From Reclinomonas americana ATCC 50394 (lineage: Eukaryota): a stretch of DNA of 41,820 nucleotides. The stretch lies in the NCBI GenBank assembly GCA_048213135.1, contig PS015120.1:116743-158562 (forward strand). Reading direction: 5' to 3'. Below the pieces are notes generated by a model, which saw only the letters and a list, made by a program, of their open reading frames with translations, had not been told where the DNA came from and searched no databases. Numbering within the stretch: the stretch's first letter is position 1; each line of letters starts with the position of its first letter. A program made the position numbers and the translations under genes. Shown here one piece after another: positions 1 to 13,252 of this stretch.

Positions 1-3000
1 TCCGACTGCTGCAGGCACGCATCTACGACGTCGCGGTGTCGCCGCTCAACCCACTCACCGGCAACAACACGATCACCATTCAGTGGCGCTGCAGTGACCC
101 GCAGACCACCTCCGTTTCACTGATGGTTCCGGCGTCACCATCGGTCCCCATTGCCTCGCCAGTCCCCGTGGCGTGCGGCATCTCCTCGCCAGCCCTGCAA
201 ACGCGCACGTGGACCGTCTCCAGCCTGGCCGCCGGCTCGTGGTCAGTGCGTATCACGGACCTGTCGCGCTCGTGGCTGTACGGCGACAGCAACACATTTA
301 CTGTGCCAGGTGATTTTCCTTTCCGTGCACGGTCTCAGCGATGTGTTCTCAACAATTCTCTCTGCAGCTGCACAAATCTCTTCCGTGATTGTTGCGCCCG
401 TCTCCACCTCGGTCATCTATGCTGGCGCTGGCAGCACGATTGCGTGGCGCTGCTCGTCACCGTCTGTTGCGTCTGCATGTATTGACATGGGTGCTGGCGC
501 CTGCTTTTCACCTCTAACTTCTTCGTGTCCATCTGGCAGACGACCTCGGTCACGCTGACTGTGGCCGACGGCATCACCATTCCATTCGGCTCGCCGTTGA
601 TGATTGGCACGGCGGCAGCCTCATGCGACTCAGTGCTCCTGCACGACAAGCTCAACGTGTACAACTGGACACCGGACACTAGCACACTCGGCGCCAACTT
701 TGTGGTCACGGTGGCCGCTGGAAGCGTCACCGCCTCATCTGGACATTTCACCGTCTACAAGCGCAGTATCACCGTGTCCACTGCCTCGTTGGTCGCCGTT
801 TACTTGGACTACCCGCTGCAAGTGACGTGGACGTGCCAATACGAGGGCACCACAGCGGTCGACATCCTCATCACGGATGCCGTATCCGGTTCCACGTTGG
901 CCACCGCCGTGTCCATGTATCCGACCACGTGCGCCGCGCTCAATCCCACGACGCAGACCTACACGTGGAGTAGCGCAAGCAGCGCGCTGCTCAGTGGCTC
1001 CGCAAATGTGATTCTGGTGGTGCGCGATTCGTCCGACGGAACCGTCGTTGGGTCGTCCACATCGCTGCCGGTGCGCAAGGCCATCTCCAATGTCACGGTG
1101 CCGGTGGCGTCGCCGCCGAGCATCGCGGTGATTGGTCGCAGTTACACCATCACCTGGCAGTGCGACAACAATCTCGGCGGTACCACACTGGCGACTCTGG
1201 AGGTCCTCCTTGTGCCGGCCACAGGCAGTGGCGGAACCGCGGTTCGCGTGGACTCGCTGCCTGGCGCCGTGTGCTCCGGCTTCCCGTCGTACCGATGGAC
1301 GGCCTCGGCAGCGTACACACTCGCCGCCACCTCCTACGTGTGGATGGTGCGAGATGCGGATCGACCACTTGCGGGCCGCGCTGTGTCGTCGCCATTTACG
1401 TTGACAACGGGCGTGACCGGCGTCATGGTGGCGCCGATTGCGCCTTCGGTGGCTTTGGTGGCCGCTGGAACGGCACGCCTGTCGTGGAATGTTGCGCGCC
1501 TTTTGGAGTGCTTTTTTTCTCTCGGCGTGTGTGTGTGTTCACTCACCCGTCGTCATCGCGCACTACAGTGTTTCGATCCGGCAGTGTCCACCGTGCGCGT
1601 GACTCTGCTGCGGCAAGCACAAGCGTCGCTCTTCCTCGGCCAGTTTCCGAGTACGTGCTTCTCATCGGGTGCCGCCAACACGGTGACAATCAGCCTGCCT
1701 GTTTCAGCTGCCTCGCCCAGCGCCACATTCACCGTGGCAGATTCGGTCGTGGCTTCCGTGTCGGCAACCTCCGGCTCCATGGTCATTTCCGGTACGTAGT
1801 GGCATCACGGTAACATGCAAAATGCGCGTTCACTTCTTGACTACTGGTGACACACACAGCTCCGAGCGTTGTTGTGGTCTCGGTTGCGCCAGCTGCAACT
1901 GTGTACGCCTGTTCGACTTGCACTGCCACGGTCACGTTCTCGTGCAACACCGGAGCTGGTGTGGAGCTGCTGCTGGATCGCGGCGGACTGTTTACGCTCA
2001 TTGGCCCACTCACATCGGCACTCTGCTTCGCGGCATCGTCGGACGGTCACGGGTACCTGCAGACGCTGACGTGGAGCGTGTCGACACCTCTAGTGGGCAC
2101 TGGCGTGTCGTTGTTGGTGCGCTCGCTGTCCGATGCCGCACTCACCGGCTCGTCGGCCACCTTCAACGTCGTCGCCGCTGGATTCTCGCTGTCCTCCATC
2201 CAACCGGTGTATGCCGGCTACTCGCTGGCACTGTCCTTTGTTTGCTCCAACTCCAACACCAAGACCATCCAGGCTCAGCTCGGTGGCGCCATCCTCACCA
2301 CCAGTTATCCGATCGTTGCCTCTGTGGCCAACACAGCCGTGTGGGGTCCCATTCCCGTGTCCATGACGGGCATGTCGGTGTCGCTGAGCCTGCAGGATAC
2401 TGCCGACTCTGCGGTCAGCACCGTTTTCCCGGGCATTGCCGTGCTGCCTACAGTCAGCAGCGTCACCACCAGCTCATCAGTGATTCAATACGGCTCGGTG
2501 CTGACCATCAACTGGGTGTGCGATGGAGCCAATAGCGCCGTCGGGCCGATCGAGGTGGTTGCCGTTACGCAAGTGACGCTTGCACCCACGGCCGTGTCGT
2601 CGACTCCTTCGGGGAGCACAGTGGCCAGCGGAGTGGCGTGCGCCGGCGCAGGTACTGCTTCGTGGACTGTGCCGAGCAATTTCCCGGTGGGTGCGGCAGT
2701 GATTATTGTCCGCGACGCCCGGAATGCCAGCGTTGCCGCACAGAGCAGTACTGTGTATGTGGTGGCCGGCTTGCTGTCCTTGGTGAACGTGGCGCCGATG
2801 CCGCTGTCACCAGGCAGCGTGGTGACGGTGTCGTTTGTTGTCGGAGACTCGGCGCTGACGACTGTGGTGGAGTTGTGGGTGTTGCCGAGTGCTGGTGTCA
2901 GCTTCATGGCGGCCAGTGTGGCGGCCACCGCAGGTGCAGCGCAGTGGACAGTGCCTCGTGCGTTTGCCGATCCTGCAGTGCAGTTCCAGGTGTGTGTTGA

Positions 3001-6000
3001 GAGAGAATGAGTGTGTATTGCCCGTGGTCAAGCTTGTTCACCGGTGGTGGTGCAGATTGTCGATCCCATGCGCACCTTCCTGGTCGACACCAGTGCGCCA
3101 TTCACCATTCCTGGTTGCGTGCCAGTCCAACTTGCTGTACTCCGTTCTCCCATATTCTGTGTTCCACTGACGCGTGCCTGCACCAGCCGTCTCGCTGTCG
3201 CTCCTGCCATTGAACCTGGCGGTGTCGGTGACCGGCGTTCCGATTACCATTCAAGCCACATGCAACTCGCCCACATCGGCGCCACTCACTGTCACAGCCA
3301 ATGGCGTGCCGCTGGGTACCATGACCGGCGTGTGCGCAGTCGGCGCCGCTGCCAGCACGCTCACGTGGACGCCGACAGCTCCCTCTGCCAACACCGTCAT
3401 TACGGTCACCGACGCCGTCGGTGTCACGTCCAGCAGTTCGCCGCTGGTGATTGTCGGTGAGTGCCTGTTGTTTTTCTCAGTGCCTCCTTCCTATTCTCTC
3501 CCGCCTGGCGATTCACACATGCGACACAGATCGCCTGTCTGTCGATGTCAACACTCCGTTCCCTCCGACGGTCGGCGGTCGTGCGTTCCCGTTTTACACG
3601 TACTCGGTGATGGTACAGTGCCGGCTGAGTGCCGCGCAGAATGCACGATTGGATTTGGTCGACGTTGGCACAGGAGTTGTGACCAGCACCATCTTTGCCA
3701 GCACTCGCGTACAATGCGGCTCGGCCACGGTGCCGGCGGGAACACTGCTGACGGTGCTGATGCCGAACGTGCCCTCGTCAACGTATCGACTGGAGCTCTC
3801 CGACGTTGCGCTGCCAAGTGTGCGCTACACGACGGCAAGCTTTACCGTCACTCGTTGCGTCGCCGCATTGGATGAGCGTCTTGCTGTTTACCGTCGTCGC
3901 CTCACACTTGTGGTGGTGTTTGTCTGTATACGCAGCCACACTCTTCATGCCAACGCCGTCTGTGCCGGCGGTGCTGCTTGCCGGCGTCCCGGTGAGCGTC
4001 TCATACGGCTGCCAACCGAACCCGCTCATCAGCTATGCCCGCATGACCTTGTTGGATGCGTCGACCCTGCGCACCGTGCAAGACTTTGGCCTGGTGACTC
4101 CGTTCACGTGCTCGAACTTGACGCCTCTTCCCACGTGGGTGTGGAGCATGCCAGCGCCATCGCCTCCCACAACCACCTATCTGCTACAACTGAGCGATGA
4201 CAATGTGCCGCAAGCGTTTGTGCGCACCACCGCGTTCACCTTTCAGAGTGCGTCGTCACTCTTAATTTTTCGTCGTCGCTCTTGATCTGCACGCTAAATT
4301 CTTGATCCAATCTCCTGCCGTAGCTCCATCGCTGGCCTTTGAGCCGCGTGCCATTGGCGCCGAAGTGTACCCACCAACAGTGTATGTCGGCCAGCCATAC
4401 TCTCTGCAGTGGATGTGCGACTATCCGGGTCTGGCGTCGCGTGCTGCCTCATTTGATGTGGTGCTGGAAGCTGTCGGTGTGGACAACTCGGCTGTGGCGA
4501 TTGCTTGTGAGTACGAAGAGACATCTTGCACATATTTATATCTCTCTTTCTGTTCCTCTGCCCTCATGCGCTTCACCGTAGCCTCGCTGGGAGCCACTTG
4601 CGATGGCAGCGCTGGGGCGCAAGCGACCATCACCTGGCGACCGACGGCGGTGACCAACACCACGCTGCGTTACCAGATGCGTGTCACGGACTCGGTGCGC
4701 GGTCTCACCAACGTCACCGACTCGTTCTACATTCAAGGTGATTAGTGATGGCGCACGTCGCCACTCACCGCCCATTTACTGACTTGCTCGCCGTCGCCGC
4801 CGCACAGAGTCGACCATTTCGTTGTTGCCTTTGTCGGCCGCGTCACGAATGCTCTTCTTCAACTACACCTCCACTATTCTTCAATTCACGTGCAACGATC
4901 CACAGACCACGGCTGTGGATGCGGTGGTGTACGAGGGAACCAGCGTGGTGGCTACGATTGCTCGCTCCCTCTCCGTGACCTGCTCACCAACCATGAGGCC
5001 GGTGTCGACACGCTGGACGCCTTCATCACGCAACGCTCGCGTCGCACAGCAAGCGTACCTGGTGGTCACAGATTCGAACCGACCAACGTACGTGGTGCCG
5101 GCGCAGTCGGAGACATTTCCGATCTTGTCGTCGCCACTGTCGGTGATTTCACCGCTGTCGGGCGCGTTGCTGGCGTCGCACGAGCCCGCCGTATTCAGCT
5201 GGCGCTGCTGGTCGACAGTGATCGAACGTGTGCATGTATACTTGCGGCGAGGCGTGGAGCGCTTTGCTGTGGCACTCGATGTGCCGGCGCGGTGTGGAGT
5301 TGACGACAGCGGCAACAATCTCGTGCGGTCAGTCGACGCGCATATTGCCACATCTTTGCATGCTCGTACTTGATGCACTAAAGTCGTATTGGTGGCGCAG
5401 GTGGACGTCGGTGGACGTGGATCGCGGTGCAAACAGCAACGACACCGACACCGTGTATTTGGAGTTGGTGGACGCGCGGACGAATTACACGACAGTCGGC
5501 GCCACGTACGGCTTGACGTACCGTCAAGTGTCGCTGGTGGATCTCGATCAACCCATGCCAGTGGTAACCGTCGCCGTGCAGCAGTCAGTGCAGTTCCGCT
5601 GCACTCGTGCAGCTATGAAGCGTGCGCATGTGCTGCTGCACCAAATCGACGGACCTGGCACGCAGCTCGCGTCGGCAGAGAGTCGAGTTCCCACCAGTTT
5701 CGTGGTGGATGTGTGCCTTCAGTTCTTTTTGAGGGGATGCTTATGCTCGCATACGCAGTCACGGCGGGCGGCTTGTCGACCGTGGCCTCGTCGAGTTTGA
5801 ATCAGCGTTTCTGGATCGTTGGCTACAATACGACGGCTGTGTGCGATTCGAATGCGCGAATCCACCTGACTGCAGGTCAGTTTCCGGTGTTTGTGTGCGT
5901 GTGTCCCTCCAGTACAGTTATGCCTGACTTGTGCCGTAGCCGATACTTCTGACCCGCTGACCAATGAGGTTTTCTGGCGTCTGGACCCTTCGTTCCAAAC

Positions 6001-8386
6001 ACAGAGTCGTCAATTCCAGGTGCGTGCAATCATGCCGTCCATGCCATGGAGAGAGCGAGAGAGTGATACTGACACCAATGTGCGTTGCAGGTGGAAATCG
6101 TCGACGCGGATGTGCCGTCGGTGCGCGCCGTCAGCAACCCGTTCTCGTTCTCGGGCACGCCAGTCGGACCGACCACGTCGGTGGTGGCCAGTGTGTTCGG
6201 GTCGTGGTGGATCATCGGGGCGGCCGGTGGTGCCTTTTTCCTCTTGTGTGGGCTGGTATTCGCCGTGTGGCTGGTGCGCCGAAGACGGCGTCAGAAGCGC
6301 GCAGCCGAGAGCCTCTTGATGCAGCAGATTGTGCCGATCAACGATCCCAAGGCCCTGGTGCGTGCATCATCCGTCTTTTGGTTGTACAATAACACACACA
6401 CACGTCTCACTCTTTTTCATGCTTTGGAAGGCACGACCATCGTTCCCGGGCAAGGTGATGGAGGCCTTTGAGCCACCCAAGATGGTCGATCTTATCACCG
6501 ATCACTCTTCACGGCCGTCGTCGGCCCAGAGCTCCAGCTCGCTGGCCTCGCGATACGACGATGACAAGGAGCACCACCAGCAGCAGCAGCTGGACAGATC
6601 GCCGATACTGCTGCCACTGACTCCACCACCCTTGCCGCCACCGAATCAGCCACCACCGCTTGTGATGTTGCCACCGCCGCCGCCACCGGCGCAGGATTCC
6701 GTGCTTGAGGCGCTGCGTCAGCGCGTGGAGAAGCAGCGGGCTGCTGCACTGGCGACAGCTGCTGCGGCTGCGGCTGCGGCCGTCAATGCTGCCGCCGCCG
6801 CTGCTGCCGCTGCAGCTCCGGTCGAGCAGTTGGAATCCGAGATCGCCGGCGGTGACGACAACAACAACAACGATTATGGCGCTCTGGAGCTAGTGGAGCG
6901 TCCATCGCAGCTGCCGCCGGCAGCTGTGATCTCGCCGAGTGTCTTTGCTGTGCCGACACCGCAGCAGTTGGCGTATTCGTCGCTATCTGTGCCACTGGCG
7001 ACATCGGTGCCTCTGGTGGACGATGCCGACGAGCCAATGGATCCGTTCAACGCCGTCGTGCTCTTCGAGACCGATCAAGAGTTGCAACAGGAGGAAGTCT
7101 ACGTGGACAAGTACTCGTTCCCCCGCCAACCGTCGCCGGCCCCATCCCCTCCGCTGGTGCAACAGCAGCAGGCGACACTGGTGCTGTCATCTCCCTCGCC
7201 TCCCTTGTGGACCTCCTCCAACGTCGCGCGTCAGTCGGTGCGCTCTCCGGCACCAGAACTTGATCCCATCAACTCAGTCACGCTGCTGGAGTACAACTTT
7301 GCGGAGCCGGCCGAACAAGAAGCCACACATTCGCCACCGACGTCGTCGGCCGCCGTGGTCTACCTGCCGTCACTCCCCGCCCTTCCTGTTCGCCCAGCTC
7401 CGTCGGCCACGATGGAGGTCGATGTTGGCTGGCGACCTCCTCGATCGACGCAAGAACCACCGCGTCTCGATCCTCTAAATGCGGTGGCGCTAATGGAACT
7501 CGACGACGCGCCATCTGCTGCTTCGCCAGCGGCGGTACTGCTGCCGCCACCACCACCACCACCACCGCAGATTCCGGCCGCACTGATGAAACTGTCGGCA
7601 CCGCTGCCGTTGCCGCCGCCGCTGTTGGTGGCACCGAGTCAACTGCGTGGCAGCAGCAGCAGCAGCAGTCGCAACACCGCCGTCGACAGAAGCGATGAAC
7701 AGCGGCGGCTTCGCGACGCGCTGGAGGACCCGTTGAGCGCCTTTGCGCTGGTCGAAAGTAGTGACGGCGCGGGCGACGATTACCATGTGCCTCCGACCCC
7801 GACTGCCATGCTTGTGGACGCGCCGCGCATCGCCCAGCCACCACCGCCTCCAACTCCACCCGTGCTGCAGCGACCGGCCGTGTCCAAGATCGCGCCACCG
7901 CGCGTCGTGGCCGGTCCACCGCCACGCCTCTCGCCGTACAGCGCACTGGCGCTTCTCGACGTTGCACCGCCACCGCCACCGCCGCCAACCGCAGCAGCAG
8001 CAGTACCGGTACAGCGGTTGCCGCAACCCATGTCGCCGCCCCAGTCCGTGGCCTCGCCGACACCGGTGCCACTGCCGGCTGCCGCATCGCGCCCACCGTC
8101 CACCACCACCGTGCCCGTGCGCCGCTTCGACGCACTGTCGCTGTTCGAGACACCATCGGCAGCAGTCGCCCCGTCCACGGCCACCAGACTTGCGCCAACT
8201 CCACCGGTCGTGCCGCAGGTTGCAGTTGTCGTCGCACCGACGCCTCCTCCGCCTCCGCCTCCACCGCCTCCACAACCCAGAGCATCGATACGCCCGCCTC
8301 GACCAACTTCCACTTCGCGTTTCGATGTGCTGACGCTGATTGAGTGGCACGAGGGACACCATGATGATCAGCATGTGCAGGAATGA
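1..8386 (+). CDS. Giant type I transmembrane surface protein (5'-truncated): about 16 tandem Ser/Thr-rich beta-sandwich repeats (Kre9/Knh1-N or Ig-like), one TM helix, ~650-aa proline-rich cytoplasmic tail
   Basis: 16 GT-AG introns (e.g. 310-367, 466-539, 1491-1568, 1792-1859, 2990-3055, 3114-3186, 3457-3529, 3854-3935, 6358-6430) join the ORF pieces into one frame. Repeats of ~105-115 aa follow hxhxWxC...C...W...hxhxD...SxxFxh. TM WWIIGAAGGAFFLLCGLVFAVWLV at ~6205-6276 is followed by RRRRR. Stop TGA at 8386. The family label is by motif resemblance only. Confidence 0.8.
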
Positions 8387-8442
8387 AATGAAAATTTATG
8401 TTGTGCTTGTTGCGTTGGTGTCGACAGAGAGGAGACAAGCGA

Positions 8443-9746
8443 ATGACGACAGCGCACAGGTGAGGGTGCTCTCTTTACACGCGTTGCTGTGGACATGTCT
8501 ATCACTCACACTCGCGCACACATGATTGCAGACCGACATTCAACGCCGTTGCGTTGCCACACTTGCGCGCACTCTCTCCCTCTTCCTCACTCTCACACTG
8601 ACTCTGTGTGCATCTCCTTTCGTCACACACACAGGCCATGGGCGGCAATGAGCGTTGCGTCTCTCTCTCTCCCTTCATGTGTTCAATGTCAGAGTGGACT
8701 TTCTCTCTCCCTCTCTCACCGCTGACAATGATGGGGTGTGTCTTGCACAGAGGGCGGCTATCGCTGGCACGTTCCATCGCGAATGCTCTCGGCCAAGAAT
8801 GTCACCGGCTTCACCAAGATGAAGAAGCGGTGAGACAGTGAGAGAGACAGTGAGAGATGCTTGTGATTGACTGCAGCCTGCTGCTCACGCTCTCCACGCA
8901 CAGCCACTTCCCCACTGCGGCGGCCAGCAAGGACGACCTGAAGCAGTCGCTGCAGCAGCGCGAGCGCAAGCACTTTGAGGAGAAGCGCAAGAAGGAGCTG
9001 GGCGGTGCCATTGGTTAGTGTCTGCGCGTGCACACTGTGTGCACGTTGACTCTCACGAGTGCGTGCGTAAAGAGGACGAGCCTGCTGGTGGCGAAGACGA
9101 GGAGATGGAGGACGAGGAAGAGGGCGAGGAGAAGGCCGCGGCGCGCAAGCCGGCGTCGGGACCAGCACCGGGGCTGCCGACGGGCGTGGATGACGAGGAT
9201 CGCGACGAGGACATTGAGAGTGAGTCGGGCGACTCATCGTCGTCGTCGTCGGACGATGACGACGACGACGATGACGATGATGATGAGGAGCTGATGCGAC
9301 AACTCGAGGCCATTCGCAAGGAGAGAGCAGAGGAGGCGATGAAGAAGGCATGCTATGCTGCTGCTGCTGCTGCTGCTGCTTGTGTGTGTGTCGCCACTGG
9401 CCGTACTCCTTTCGCTGACCTGGTGTGCCCCAGGAACGAGAGGCGCAAGACAAGGCCAATCGCGAGCGAGAGGAAGCCGTGCTGCTCGGCAACCCGCTGC
9501 TGGCACACGCCGTCGACAAGTCGTACGCCATTAAGCGACGGTACGCGGAAATAAGCAAGGCCTTGACCCGTCGCCGAGATTGGCTTCATTGATTGTTGAT
9601 TTTGATTGATTGCAAACAGGTGGGACGACGACGTGCTGTTCAAGAACCAAACACGCGGCGAACCGGATCGCAAGCGCAAGCGTTTCATCAATGACACCAT
9701 CCGCTCCGACTTCCACCGCAAGTTCCTCGAGAAGTACATCAAGTGA
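8443..9746 (+). CDS. CWC15: Pre-mRNA splicing factor Cwc15/Cwf15
   Basis: Exons 8443-8459, 8532-8547, 8635-8653, 8751-8829, 8904-9013, 9073-9347, 9434-9540 and 9620-9746 give MTTAHRPTFNAAMGGNEQGG...TKMKKR...[14 protein letters not shown]...LLGNPLL...[13 protein letters not shown]...[21 protein letters not shown], which are the hallmark Cwc15 motifs. Confidence 0.96.
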
Positions 9747-9926
9747 GAGAAAGAGAGAGAGAGAGACAATTGGTCGGAGCAATTAAATGTCCGAATGTCC
9801 GCAAGAAATCCGTTTTTCGTGCCGAAAGTCGTTGGTTGTTTGCGGGGAGTGCGAGAGGAGAAAGAAAAATTCAGTTGTCAGCATAGCACACAGCACAGCA
9901 CCAGCACACTCACTGGCACTGGAGGA

Positions 9927-12900
9927 ATGAGCACCGCCGGTGACTCATCGCCCTCGGAGGGCAGCACGGTGATGACGATGAGCCCGAGCTTCTCACTGCC
10001 GAGTCCACTTCCGGCGGCACCCGCTCGCAGCAACCTGCTTCGCGGCCCCACTGCCGCCGCCATTGCGTGTGGGACCGCACGGCGACGCGTCTCACTCGCC
10101 GTCCTCACCATGCCTCCCATGCACATGAGTGGCAGTCCGGGTACGGGTCATGGTGATGGTGGTGCCAGTGGTGGTCAACGCGAGCAGGTGCCACTGCAGC
10201 GGAGACCGTCCATGGTCGCCGCAGCGGCCATGATGAGTCAGCGCTCGATGCAGCCGCTGGACATGGACGATGTGCAGCAGGAGAGCGAGCGGGGTGAGTC
10301 TCCGGCGCGACCGGCGGTGGTCGCCGCCGCTGCTGCGCACAACAAGAAGCCGTCGCCAAAGAAGCCGTCGCCCAAGACGCCGAGACACGTCAAGACGGCG
10401 CAGACAGCGGCGACGGCGACGACGACGTCGACGACGTCCGCTACTGGCACGGGAAGGGCGAAGCACGCCAAGCCCAAGGCGTCGCCGCCAAAGTCGGCAG
10501 TGGCGACGGCGGCTGTCGATGCTGCCACTGCGACGACGCCCACAGCGGCTGCAGGAGGAGAGGATGGGTCGGCGGAGGATGGACAGGATGCACCGATGGC
10601 ACGCAAGGGCAGTGTCATTGTGACGCGTCGTTGGAGCTTTTTCCGAAAGCACAAGAAGCAGTCGGTTGCCCCGACGCCAACTGTAGTTGCGTGGGTGGAT
10701 TTGAGATGCTCTTCCTTTTTTTGTGGCTGTTTGGCTCATTCGCTTCTGTTTCGCAGGCCGTGCGAGTGTCTCCGTATTTGGAGCCACTGCAGCTGCCACC
10801 CGACTGGGCTGGCCTACTGGAGACGGTAAATATTGGCGACGAGCCGGAGCGCATTCCATGGCACACGGGCGTGGAAATGCTGCGGTCGGTGTGCAGCAAG
10901 CAGCTGAACGCCGTCACGGACAACGTCAACAAGATGGTGCAGACGCTCGACAGACGGCACGCCTCGCTCATGTCGGCGCTGTCGACTGTGTACGTCGACA
11001 TGAAGGACTCGCTGGAGATGGAGATGCAGCAGTTTGCGGAGAAGAACCAGGCGCTGAGCCAGTCGCTGCATGCCGTGGTGGAGAAGTCGAATCGCGACAT
11101 GAGCGACACGCTGGCGGAGATGTTTCGACGCACGTGGGACAAGCAGCACGAGGCCTTCTCCTCCAAGGTGGTCTTCTTGCGCGAAGAGTTCACCGAGGCG
11201 TTGAGGAGATGTCGTGTGGCGCACGAGGTGGAGCTGGAGAATCAGCGACGATCGCACGCGGAGAAGATGGAGACGGCGCAGAAGCAGACCGAGTTGCGCT
11301 TGCGACGCCTGCTGGAGGACCACTTGAAGGTGAAGCTGGCCGAGGCGGCCGCACGCGAGCAGGATGTGCGCGACGAGTTGTGGCGCCACAAGCTCGGTCG
11401 CGTCGACATCACCAGCAGCGATACGCAGACCGAGTCCGACATGGAGACGGAGCTGCGTTTGCTGCGCGAGCAAGCCGGCTACCAGGAGCGCATGCTGCGC
11501 GACAAGGAGGAGTTGTTGCACAAGTTTCGTGTCCCTCCCCAACAGTGATTTGTGTTTGATTCATGAACTCATCGTGCCTCTTTTGGCTGCAGTGCCAACA
11601 TTTTCCTGCGACACAAGTCGGACGAGCTGGCCAAGAGCGCCGAGGAGATGCAGCGATTAGAGCGCGAGGCCGGCAAGTTGAGGCTGGAGGTGATTGGCGC
11701 GCAGGATCAGATGCACCGAGAGCAGCGCTCGGCGGCAACCGCCAAGGAGCAATTCAATGCTGCCACCGCGCAGATGCAGTCCGAGTTGCGTGCCATCTCA
11801 AAGAGAACTTGAAGCGCTTCTCTCCTGTGTGGCTGACAGTCGCCAATACACAGAATGGAGCATTTGCGCGCCTCGTTGATGAGCGAACGCGATCGCTTCC
11901 GACAGACCAACTTGCAGTGGGAGTTCAAGGAGGCCACCCTGCTGCAAGAGATGGGCGAGATGGAGAATGAGATTCACCGACTGCGCGAAATGATCAAGGC
12001 GGCACGCATCTCGGCGCTGAACGACGAGGCCATTTTCGGCAAGGCGCTCCGTCACACAGTGGCGGTGGCGCACGTGGTTGGCAGTTTCGTGAACAACACA
12101 GAAAAAACTCAAGTCGTCTTGCTTTTTGTTGCACTCAACCCTCGATGATGCAGAAAACGAAACCACCGTGCACACGCCCCGAGCACCCGCGGCTCCCACA
12201 TCTTTCTTCTTCCCGACGGCTCTCGACTGCCCGCTGCCACCGTCGCCATCGAAGAGCTTTGGGCGATTTGCTCGCCGAGCACCACTGGCGAGCATGGCGG
12301 CGCCGAATGCCGTGCAGGAAAACTACTTTGTCGACACGAGCTTCGGCAGCGAGACGAGCCAGCGCTCTTCGAATCGCAGCTCGAACACGACGACGACGAC
12401 GGGTGTCAACTCGCCGGCGGCGACACACACATCGTCGGCCACCGCCCACGGCGGCAGTCGACTGGCGGCCGCAGCCGCAGCTTTTAATCAGGTGCCGTCC
12501 ATGACGGCGCCCGCGTCACCATGTGCCCCACCATCGGATTCGGATATGGACTCGGAGGGCGATGGTGGCTCGGCCAGCAGCGCCCCACCCAACATGCTCG
12601 AGGCCAGCGCCCCGAGCTCGGCAGCACCAACAACCACCATTACCACACCGTCACGCAAGGCACTGCCAGTGATTCCGCGCTTGATGGCACCATCTCGCGG
12701 CGGCACCACCACCTTTAGCGACAGCGCAACCGCATCGACCGCCTTCTCTGCTGCCGGCTCCACGCGACACACACTGGCGAATGCAATGGCCCAGCTGAGC
12801 GACATGTACAGGAGCGGCGACACGCTCGTGCATGTGCCGCTCTCTGCGCGCGCCAGCAGCAGCAGCACCAGCTCCACTGTGCCTCCACCGTCACGCTCCA

Positions 12901-13097
12901 GCGTCGGCACGGCCGCCAGTGCCACCATGTCCATTCTCAGCGCTCACAACCCCGGCAACCTCAGCGCCCGCGGCACGAGCACCTGCGTACCGTCACTGAC
13001 CGGCACCTCCATCGGCAACATCTCCACCTCCCTGCAGAGCTCCCGCTGGAACGATGCCATTCGCTCACCGTGGAGTGCCATGCCGGTCAAGAGATAA
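9927..13097 (+). CDS. Hypothetical protein with central coiled coil and low-complexity Ser/Thr/Pro termini
   Basis: ATG near 9927-9928. Four introns with donors at 10686, 11524, 11785 and 12084 join ORFs 9795, 10631, 11855 and 12126 in frame. The central region is E/K/R/L/M-rich and heptad-like. Stop TAA at 13097. Confidence 0.7.
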
Positions 13098-13252
13098 TAA
13101 TGAATAGTGTAATCCTGTGTGTTTTGTTTCCACCGTCGCTGTCTCTCTTCAATCCACCCCCACAGAGAACAGAGAACGAGAGAAAACGAGTCGTCTTGAT
13201 TGTTGTCGATCTAACAAGCAAAAGAAAGAAAAAAAAGAAGGGCCAGCCCTCG

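Noticed and set aside
475-539. Apparent GC-AG intron starting GCATGT
   Set aside because: An in-phase GTTGCGT at 466 gives CSSPS|TTSVTL, which matches the neighbouring repeat CSDPQTTSVSL better.
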